A stretch of DNA of 64,000 bases from an uncultured bacterium (GTDB lineage: Bacteria > Verrucomicrobiota > Verrucomicrobiia > Limisphaerales > UBA8199), in the NCBI GenBank assembly GCA_963749495.1, contig CAVVMW010000006.1:960001-1024000 (forward strand), written 5' to 3'. This document shows positions 56,504 through 64,000 of this stretch, piece by piece; position 1 is the stretch's first letter, and each line of letters opens with the position of its first letter. The translations under genes and the position numbers were made by a program. The notes below the pieces were generated by a model that saw only the letters and a program-made list of their open reading frames with translations, made no database searches and was not told where the DNA came from.

Positions 56504-57325
56504 ATGAACCCCCCGATCGAGGACATTGGCATTATCGCCGGCAACCGCTCGCTGCCGTTGATCTTTGCCCGCCAGGCCCGCCAACTCGGGGTCAAACGCC
56601 TGGTCGCCGTGGCCTTCGTTGGCGAGACCGACCCGGCCCTGGCTGGATTGGTGGACGAGATCGTCTGGCTCAAGGTAGGGCAGCTATCGAAGCTGATCGC
56701 CGCCTTTACGCAGCGCCAGGTGCGCCACTGCGTGATGGCGGGCCAGATCGCGCCGCGGAACCTCTACGACATCCGTCCGGACCTGCGGGCGATGGCCCTG
56801 CTGCTGCGGCTCAAGGAACGAAACGCGCACACGATTTTTGGCGCGGTGGCCGATGCCCTCAAACAGGAGGGCGTCGAGTTGATCGAGGCCACGCCCTGGC
56901 TCAAACCGTTGATGCCGGGGGCCGGGTTTGAGCTCGGGCCGGGCCTGACGGCGGCGCAGCGGGCCGACATCCAGTTCGGCTATCGCATTGCCAAGGAGGT
57001 GTCGCGCCTGGAGATCGGCCAGACCGTGGTGGTCAAGAGCGGCACCGTGCTGGCGGTCGAGGCCTTCGAGGGGACCGACTCATGCCTGGCGCGGGGCGGC
57101 GGCCTGGCCGGCATGGACGGCGGGGCGGTGGCGGTCAAGACTGCCAAGCAAAACCACGATTGGCGCTTTGACATCCCCTGCGTCGGCCCCAACACACTCC
57201 AGACGTGCGCGGCGGCCGGGATTGCCGTGCTCGCCTTCGAGGCCGGCAAGGCCCTGGTGCTGGAATTGGAAACTTGCGAACGCCTGGCCCGGCAGCATAA
57301 GATTTGTCTGACGACGGCGGGTTAA
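56504..57325 (+). CDS. lpxI: UDP-2,3-diacylglucosamine hydrolase LpxI
   Basis: GIIAG..LP, IGQTVVV..AVEAFEGTD, D.RFDIPCVG..T. Confidence 0.88.
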   Translation: MNPPIEDIGIIAGNRSLPLIFARQARQLGVKRLVAVAFVGETDPALAGLVDEIVWLKVGQLSKLIAAFTQRQVRHCVMAGQIAPRNLYDIRPDLRAMALLLRLKERNAHTIFGAVADALKQEGVELIEATPWLKPLMPGAGFELGPGLTAAQRADIQFGYRIAKEVSRLEIGQTVVVKSGTVLAVEAFEGTDSCLARGGGLAGMDGGAVAVKTAKQNHDWRFDIPCVGPNTLQTCAAAGIAVLAFEAGKALVLELETCERLARQHKICLTTAG

Positions 57326-57372
57326 GGAGCCGTCTGTGGATTTTGAACCAGGACATTGGATAGACCGACACC

Positions 57373-57873
57373 ATGCTCACCTCGCACGAACTGCTGGGTT
57401 TCATGTCGCCGAACCTGGCGCTTGAAATCATCACTTACGCCCACGAATCGGACAAGCCGCTCTACCGCGCTGCCCTCAACGCCGTCGCCGAGGCGCGCAA
57501 GCTGCGCCCGGTCTATTTCGAGCGCCAGCCCCGGACCGAGCGGCACAACGCCATGCTGGTGACCCTCACCCGCCCTGCCCTGGACCTGGTCACCGGCAAT
57601 CTCATCCGCGCCTGGCTGCTCAAGAAGCACAACGCCATGCTGGTGGATTTCCTGGACGCCCTGGCCATTCCCCACAAAGAGGGCGTCGTCGAGGACCTGC
57701 CCAAATCCGTGGACGACGCCAAACTCCAGGGGGCCGTCGACGCCCTCCTGGCCAAATACCCAAACGAGGTCGTGGCCGTCTATCTCAATGCCTTCAGCGA
57801 GATGAACGAGGTCGAGTGGCCCAACCTCAAACAGATGCTCGAGGGCAACCCCCGCCTCCAACTCGGAGGGTGA
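57373..57873 (+). CDS. Conserved hypothetical protein
   Basis: Core-like codon usage; WLLKKHNAMLVDFLDALAIPHKEGVVEDLP. Confidence 0.75.
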   Translation: MLTSHELLGFMSPNLALEIITYAHESDKPLYRAALNAVAEARKLRPVYFERQPRTERHNAMLVTLTRPALDLVTGNLIRAWLLKKHNAMLVDFLDALAIPHKEGVVEDLPKSVDDAKLQGAVDALLAKYPNEVVAVYLNAFSEMNEVEWPNLKQMLEGNPRLQLGG

Positions 57874-57967
57874 AGAGGGGCGAGGGGCGAGGGGCGAGGG
57901 GCGAGGGAAGAAAACAAAACGTCCCGGCTGCGATTAAAAGCGTCGGGCATGCGGCCCGCGAGTCTTG

Positions 57968-58151
57968 GCCCGGAGGGACATTCGACAATAGCCCAACGCT
58001 TCAGCGTTGGGTTCTGGCCTGCAGAGGGGGCAAGTCCCGAAGGGACGGCTGAAATTGGCTCTCCCTTCAGCCGTCCCTTCGGGACTCGGCTCGCCTCCGT
58101 CTTCAACCCAACGCTGAAGCGTTGGGCTATTGTCGGGACCCCTTCGGGGCA
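57968..58151. repeat. REP/REPIN-like element family A, bracketed by inverted (GGCGAGG)n and (CCCTCG)n arrays
   Basis: Long palindrome AATAGCCCAACGCTTCAGCGTTGGG..GTCCCGAAGGGACGGCTGAA..TTCAGCCGTCCCTTCGGGAC..CCCAACGCTGAAGCGTTGGGCTATT. Confidence 0.85.
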
Positions 58152-58256
58152 AGGAGGCGCGACCACCGAACCGACAGTTCTAATCGCACCCGAACATCCC
58201 TCGCCCCTCGTCCCTCCCGCCTTGACACTCGACCCCCGACCCTCGACCCTCAGAAT

Positions 58257-59711
58257 ATGGAACCGAAAGCCGATATTGCCGTCATTGGGCTGGCTGTAAT
58301 GGGCCAGAACCTGATTTTGAACATGAACGACCATGGGTTTACCGTGGCCGCCTTCAACCGAACGGTCTCCAAAGTGGATGACTTCCTGGGCAAAGAGGCC
58401 AAAGGCACCAACATCATCGGCGCCCATTCCCTCGAGGAGCTGGCCGGCCTGCTCAAGAAACCACGCCGCGTGATGCTCATGGTCAAGGCGGGCGCGGCGG
58501 TGGACGAATTCATCGAGCGCCTGCTGCCGCTGCTGGAGCCGGGCGACATTATCATTGACGGCGGCAATTCATTGTTCGAGGACACCATTCGCCACACCAA
58601 ACACGTCGAGTCCAAGGGCCTGCTCTACATCGGCACGGGCGTGTCGGGCGGGGAAGAGGGGGCGCGCCGCGGCCCGAGCCTGATGCCGGGCGGCTCGCCC
58701 GCCGCCTGGCCGCACGTCAAGGACATCTTCCAGGCCATCGCCGCCAAGGTGGAGGACGGCACGCCCTGCTGCGATTGGGTGGGCGAGAACGGCGCCGGCC
58801 ATTATGTGAAAATGGTCCACAACGGCATCGAATATGGCGACATGCAGCTCATCTGCGAGGCCTACAACCTGATGAAAACCGGGCTGGGCCTGGACGCCGA
58901 GGCGATGCACCGGGTCTTCGCCGAATGGAACCAGGGCGAACTCAACTCCTACCTGATCCAGATCACACGCGACATCCTCGCCTTCAAGGACACCGACGGC
59001 CAGCCGCTGGTGGACAAGATCCTCGATACCGCCGGGCAGAAGGGCACCGGCAAATGGATGGTGAACTCCTCGCTCGAACTGGGCATCCCCATCACGCTCA
59101 TTGCCGAGGCGGTCTATGCCCGTTGCGTCTCGGCCCTCAAAGAGGAGCGCACCCTCGCCGCCAGCAAGCTCAAGGGTCCGCGCCCGCGCATTCCGGGCGA
59201 CCCGAAGAAGTTTTCCGAGGACATCCGGCGCGCCCTCTACGCGTCCAAGATCGTCTCCTACGCCCAGGGCTACATGCTCCTGGGCGCCGCCGCCCGGCAG
59301 TATCAGTGGAACCTCAACTACGGCGGCATTGCCCTGATGTGGCGGGGCGGCTGCATCATCCGCAGCGTCTTCCTGGGCAAGATCAAGGAGGCCTTCGACC
59401 GCAACCCCAAGCTGAGCAACCTGCTGCTGGACCCCTTCTTCCGCCAGGCCATCAGGCAGGCGCAACGCTCCTGGCGCACCGTGGTCGCCGCCGCCGCCCG
59501 CAAAGGCATCCCCGCCCCGGCCTTCAGCACCGCCCTGGCCTTTTTCGATTCCTACCGCAGCGAGCGGTTGCCCGCCAACCTGCTCCAGGCCCAGCGCGAT
59601 TACTTCGGCGCGCACATGTACGAACGCCTGGACCAGCCGCGCGGCCAGTTCCTTCACACCAACTGGACCGGCCACGGCGGCGCCGTCGGGGCGGGAACGT
59701 ACTCGGTGTAA
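58257..59711 (+). CDS. gnd: 6-phosphogluconate dehydrogenase (decarboxylating)
   Basis: [46 protein letters not shown]. Confidence 0.97.
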   Translation: MEPKADIAVIGLAVMGQNLILNMNDHGFTVAAFNRTVSKVDDFLGKEAKGTNIIGAHSLEELAGLLKKPRRVMLMVKAGAAVDEFIERLLPLLEPGDIIIDGGNSLFEDTIRHTKHVESKGLLYIGTGVSGGEEGARRGPSLMPGGSPAAWPHVKDIFQAIAAKVEDGTPCCDWVGENGAGHYVKMVHNGIEYGDMQLICEAYNLMKTGLGLDAEAMHRVFAEWNQGELNSYLIQITRDILAFKDTDGQPLVDKILDTAGQKGTGKWMVNSSLELGIPITLIAEAVYARCVSALKEERTLAASKLKGPRPRIPGDPKKFSEDIRRALYASKIVSYAQGYMLLGAAARQYQWNLNYGGIALMWRGGCIIRSVFLGKIKEAFDRNPKLSNLLLDPFFRQAIRQAQRSWRTVVAAAARKGIPAPAFSTALAFFDSYRSERLPANLLQAQRDYFGAHMYERLDQPRGQFLHTNWTGHGGAVGAGTYSV

Positions 59712-59750
59712 AGGCTGAAGGCCAAAGGCTAAAGGCTAAAATGACGAGGC

Positions 59751-60251
59751 TCAAACGCCGAATGACAGGTCCACCCGCTCGCCGCAGCTGGGACAATCAA
59801 CGGATCCCTTTGAAGGTGGGTGTTCGATGTTCACGCCGCAGGCGGGGCATTGGGTCTTGAGGTGGGTGGCGGCGGGTTGATTCGATAGATCACTCCCACA
59901 AAATCGGCATTTGATAGCTTCTCGTTGAATCAATTCCGCGCAAAAGGGGCATTTCTTCTTTTGTGATTCAAGTGAGGGCGGGGGAGCGCTCATTTTAGGC
60001 GTGCCGTAGGCTCGAAGCTCGCGTCCACAGCCCTTGCAGACGGTGGCGCTGTCAGGAACCCCACATTGGCAGAAGGGGCACTTGCGCGGATAGTCGAGGA
60101 AGGCGGCGATAATCCAGCCGAGCGGGCCGAGAAAGAGGCCGAGCCAGAAGCCCTCGCCAGCCCTGTCTTTGTTAGTGCCGATGGCGTACCCGATGGCGCC
60201 CCCGATGAGCGCCCAGAAAATAAGCCCAGTCAGCACAGCGACTTCATCCAT
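59751..60251 (-). CDS. Membrane protein with multiple zinc ribbons
   Basis: GFWLGLFLGPLGWII TM segment; CPFC..CKGC, KKCPFCAELIQREAIKCRFCG, CPAC..CPSC; lower GC. Confidence 0.8.
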   Translation of the reverse strand: MDEVAVLTGLIFWALIGGAIGYAIGTNKDRAGEGFWLGLFLGPLGWIIAAFLDYPRKCPFCQCGVPDSATVCKGCGRELRAYGTPKMSAPPPSLESQKKKCPFCAELIQREAIKCRFCGSDLSNQPAATHLKTQCPACGVNIEHPPSKGSVDCPSCGERVDLSFGV

Positions 60252-60414
60252 AGTGGAGGAGAAAACAGAATCGGATGCCGGATTTCATAGCATCGATTCT
60301 ACGCCTCGTGGCTAAACTCCACAAGCCTCTTTTCCGATGGAAAGCGGATGGCCCACCACCCCGTTCTCGAAAGAGATTGCGTCGCTGAGGCAGGTCGCGT
60401 ACTTTCAATCACCT

Positions 60415-60618
60415 ATGACGCGGGAAATGATCCAGAAGGCCCTGGCGCAAAGACCCTTCCGGCCCTTTTCGGTTCGCCTTACCGATGGCCGCTTGGTGCC
60501 GATCAAAGGAGAGGACAGTGCTGCCGTTCACCCTAATGGTGAAACCATGATTGTCTTCGAGGAGGGAGGGTATCGCATCATTGACATCCCTCTGATAACG
60601 GAGTTACAGACCGCCTGA
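60415..60618 (+). CDS. Small hypothetical protein (PFRPF..L.DG family)
   Basis: MTREMIQKALAQRPFRPFSVRLTDGRLVPI. Confidence 0.65.
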   Translation: MTREMIQKALAQRPFRPFSVRLTDGRLVPIKGEDSAAVHPNGETMIVFEEGGYRIIDIPLITELQTA

Positions 60619-60627
60619 GCCAGAACG

Positions 60628-60760
60628 TCAACTCTTCTCCAGCATCGCGGCTATCGTCCCCAGGGCGCTGCCCTCGAGGCGGTTGTTGACGAAGACAAGC
60701 GTCTTGCGGTTTGAGCCGGCGGCCTGGCCTTCAGGGATCAAGGTCCGGCCGGCGGCGCGG
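60628..60760 (-). pseudogene. DUF72-family gene 3' fragment
   Basis: Minus strand [43 protein letters not shown]; the FVNN..EG.A motif is typical of DUF72 C-termini. Confidence 0.65.
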
Positions 60761-61799
60761 CCCGAGCCTGGTGCCGGGCGGCTCGCCCGCCGCCTGGCCG
60801 CACGTCAAGGACATCTTCCAGGCCATCGCCGCCAAGGTGGAGGACGGCACGCCCTGCTGCGATTGGGTGGGCGAGAACGGCGCCGGCCATTATGTGAAAA
60901 TGGTCCACAACGGCATCGAATACGGCGACATGCAGCTCATCTGCGAGGCCTACAACCTGATGAAAACCGGGCTGGGCCTGGACGCCGAGGCGATGCACCG
61001 GGTCTTCGCCGAATGGAACCAGGGCGAACTCAACTCCTACCTGGTCGAGATCACCCGCGACATCCTCGCCTTCAAGGACACCGACGGCCAGCCGCTGGTG
61101 GACAAGATCCTCGATACCGCCGGGCAGAAGGGCACCGGCAAGTGGATGGTGAACTCCTCGCTCGAACTGGGCATCCCCATCACGCTCATTGCCGAGGCGG
61201 TCTATGCCCGTTGCGTCTCGGCCCTCAAAGAGGAGCGCACCCTCGCCGCCAGCAAGCTCAAGGGTCCGCGCCCGCGCATTCCGGGCGACCCGAAGAAGTT
61301 TGCCGAGGACATCCGGCGCGCCCTTTACGCGTCCAAGATCGTCTCCTACGCCCAGGGCTACATGCTCCTGGGCGCCGCCGCCCGGCAGTATCACTGGAAC
61401 CTCAACTACGGCGGCATTGCCCTGATGTGGCGGGGCGGCTGCATCATCCGCAGCGTCTTCCTGGGCAAGATCAAGGAGGCCTTCGACCGCAACCCCAAGC
61501 TGAGCAACCTGCTGCTGGACCCCTTCTTCCGCCAGGCCATCAGGCAGGCGCAACGCTCCTGGCGCACCGTGGTTGCCGCCGCCGCCCGCAAAGGCATCCC
61601 CGCCCCGGCCTTCAGCACCGCCCTGGCCTTTTTCGATTCCTACCGCAGCGAGCGGTTGCCCGCCAACCTCCTCCAGGCCCAGCGCGATTACTTCGGCGCG
61701 CACATGTACGAACGCCTGGACCAGCCGCGCGGCCAGTTCCTTCACACCAACTGGACCGGCCACGGCGGCACCGTCGGGGCGGGAACTTATATTGTCTAA
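60756..61799 (+). pseudogene. gnd: gnd 5'-truncated second copy (direct repeat of 58668-59711)
   Basis: Starts at RGPSL, lacks the N-terminal NADP-binding motif, about 99% identical by eye, ends GTYIV versus GTYSV. Confidence 0.93.
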
Positions 61800-61846
61800 A
61801 GGCTAAAGGCTAAAGGCTAAAGGCTAAAGGCTAAAGGCTGAAGGCT
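61796..61846. repeat. Heptamer array (CTAAAGG)n
   Basis: About 7 units; a degenerate version follows the first gnd copy at 59709-59740. Confidence 0.9.
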
Positions 61847-61937
61847 GCAGGCCGTTGGCCTGGGAAGGGTCCGATCCGAAGAGCGATTGACCAGGGCCTT
61901 GGCCTCGTGAAAAATCGTGGCTGTATTTGAGGGCTGC

Positions 61938-64000
61938 TCACTGTTCGCCGGCTGGCTGTGGAATCACAAGCACCTGGCCGCTGTGGTTGGTGCCCAGGAA
62001 ATACCCGGCGGCATAGTCCTGGTTTTCGAGGACGATGCCTTTGAAGGCGATTGATTTGGCGGTTGCAGGGTCAACGATGCTGCCACTGAAGGAACCGGCA
62101 ACGGTGCTGAAGGAGAGGCTGAGCCGGTTGGTGCCCCGGTTGGTGACGCGGTTGCTGGCGTCCAGGGTGATGAGATTGGTGAGGCCATGGGCCAGGTTGC
62201 CGCCGGTGAGGATGAGGAGGGCGTTGGTGGTTGCCAGCAGGTTGGTTCCCCGCTGAGGCAGGGCGTAGGGCGAGGCCGAAACCGCGTCGTGGAGGGAAAG
62301 GCCGGCCGGGTAGAGCTTTGCGGACGGGCTGTTGGGCTTGAGCCAGGTGATGTCGCCGGCCAGACCGGGGGCGGGGTCGGTCGAGAAGGCCAGCCAGCCC
62401 AGGAGCATCCCCTTGCCGCCGTAAAGCGACGTATAAAGCGGCCAGTTGCCGCCGCGGGAAATGGGGACCGCTTGAGTGAGCGGTGTCCCATCAGCCAGCG
62501 AGCCCGACAAGCGGACGGTCCCTGCGGCGTCCACCGCGACGGCGCCCCAACTGTCGCCGGCGGCATCGGGCAGGGCGCCTGAGCCGGGGATGACCATCGA
62601 GTAGAGGCCTCTCTGGGGCGCGAGGTTCGAGCGGGCGTTGAATACGGCGCGGTCCCCGGCCAGGTCCGCCCTCCAGGCGCTGTTGCTGACCGAGCCGGTG
62701 AGGTGATCGGTGCCTTGGGTCAAATCCAACTGCAACGACAGGGCCAAGGGTTCCAACCTCGCCCGGGGAATTGTGGCTCGGCCCAAACCAGTGGGGTCAA
62801 ACTGCCCGCTGAAGGGATAGCGGGCGCCGCCCAGTTGCAAGGAGCCGGTGAACTTGCCCAGGTAGGTCGCGGACAGGGTGAAGAAGCCGGCACTGTCCGG
62901 GCTGACCATGTTGGTCTGGTAGAACAGGCCGTTGTAGGCGCCTGCGGCCGGCGCGAAGGGGCTGGGGACGAAGACCGCGCTGTTGGTTTGGGAGCTGATG
63001 CCGACGATGTTCACGGCGTAGGCCTGGAAGATGTTGGTGCCCGGGGCCAGGTTGAGGGTAGCGGTCCATTTAGACCAGCCGTTGGCCGGGGTGGCCAGTT
63101 GCCAGCCGGAGCCGTTAAGTTGAAAGAAGACGCGGGCCACGGTGGTCGTGGCGCTGGCCGTGCCAGTGACGGTGATGGCGGTCGAACTGAGGTAGCTGCC
63201 CTGGGCAGGACCGGTTATCCGCAGGACCGGTCTGCCCGCGCCATAAGAGGCAACCACACTCAGCGCGATGGGGCTGCTGGTGATGGAACCGCTGGAGTTC
63301 CATACAACGAGCGCGTAAGTGCCCGAGTTGGCCGGGGTGGAGTTGGTAATGGTAAGGACGGGTGTGGTTGTGCCGGAGAGGTTGCCGGACTTTCTGGCAT
63401 AGTTGGTGTTAAAGAACCATTGATAGCTCAAGGGCGCCGAACCGCCCGCGTCAACGCTCAAGGTGACGGTCGTTCCGCTCTGCACGGCCTGGTCGGTTGG
63501 CTGGGTGATGATGAACGGGGCAAATCCGGACAGTTGGAAGAGAGCGCCGGCATTGCCTTTGCCGCCCACGAGCGTGACGCCGTAGAAGTTGCCGTCCGCG
63601 CCCTGCACCAGCCCGCCATAAGGAGAGGCCCCATCGGCGCCACCCTGGAATGAGTACAAGACACTCAGAACGGCATTCGAGGGGTTGAAGCTGAAGACAA
63701 CGCCCAACCCGTGAGCGCCGCCGGCGGTGGTGACGCCGTAGAGGTTGCCGTCGGTGCCGCTGGCAAGTTCTGCGAACGGTGCTGCGCCGTTCGTCCACCC
63801 AAAGGAGAGGAGGGTCGAGAGGGTGCCGTCGCGCGCGAGGCTGAACAGCGTGCCGTAGTCGGCGTTGCCGCCGCCGGCCGTCGTGCCGTAAATCTGCCGG
63901 TCGGGTCCCTGGAACAGGGCGGCCTGGGAGCCGGCGCCGTTGGTCTGAGAGAAGGAGACGAGCGAGGAAAACGCGCCGTTGGCGGGGACCAGGCTGAAGA
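61938..64000 (-). CDS. Surface protein with GloVer (choice-of-anchor tandem) repeats and Ig-like domains; 5' end lies outside the window
   Basis: DGNFYGVTLVGG..GALFQL, DGNLYGVTTAGG..GVVF, QIYGTTAGGG..YGTLF; PFIITQP..LSYQW Ig domain. Confidence 0.85.
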   Translation of the reverse strand, partial: FSLVPANGAFSSLVSFSQTNGAGSQAALFQGPDRQIYGTTAGGGNADYGTLFSLARDGTLSTLLSFGWTNGAAPFAELASGTDGNLYGVTTAGGAHGLGVVFSFNPSNAVLSVLYSFQGGADGASPYGGLVQGADGNFYGVTLVGGKGNAGALFQLSGFAPFIITQPTDQAVQSGTTVTLSVDAGGSAPLSYQWFFNTNYARKSGNLSGTTTPVLTITNSTPANSGTYALVVWNSSGSITSSPIALSVVASYGAGRPVLRITGPAQGSYLSSTAITVTGTASATTTVARVFFQLNGSGWQLATPANGWSKWTATLNLAPGTNIFQAYAVNIVGISSQTNSAVFVPSPFAPAAGAYNGLFYQTNMVSPDSAGFFTLSATYLGKFTGSLQLGGARYPFSGQFDPTGLGRATIPRARLEPLALSLQLDLTQGTDHLTGSVSNSAWRADLAGDRAVFNARSNLAPQRGLYSMVIPGSGALPDAAGDSWGAVAVDAAGTVRLSGSLADGTPLTQAVPISRGGNWPLYTSLYGGKGMLLGWLAFSTDPAPGLAGDITWLKPNSPSAKLYPAGLSLHDAVSASPYALPQRGTNLLATTNALLILTGGNLAHGLTNLITLDASNRVTNRGTNRLSLSFSTVAGSFSGSIVDPATAKSIAFKGIVLENQDYAAGYFLGTNHSGQVLVIPQPAGEQ

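Overview
High-GC bacterial chromosome segment, most likely Verrucomicrobiota (inferred from GloVer-type repeat protein, C-terminal F/Y-Y-R surface proteins, heptamer and REP-like intergenic repeats). About a dozen single-base frameshifts, one of them in groEL, suggest an unpolished long-read assembly. Core content: pgm 3' end, dnaK-groES-groEL, a PA14 surface-protein operon, mdoH, LysR, a type IV pilus/T2SS-like cluster (three pilin-like genes plus PilMNOPQ-like genes) with sigma54-type promoters, two very large NHL/cohesin/dockerin-like secreted paralogues, an MMPL transporter, yebC, a SNF2 helicase with a YqhG-like partner, lpxI and gnd. The most striking feature occurs three times independently: a chromosomal gene (pgm, the second NHL gene, gnd) is followed by 1-3.5 kb of accessory or defence cargo and then by a second, 5'-truncated copy of its own 3' end plus downstream flank. 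In pgm and gnd about half or more of the substitutions between copies are synonymous and the rest mostly conservative, as between alleles of different strains. No integrase or transposase is visible in the window. The cargo includes an AccI-like R-M system with controller, decayed TA genes and fragments of other core genes (comM, DUF72). A second R-M system follows the second pgm copy.
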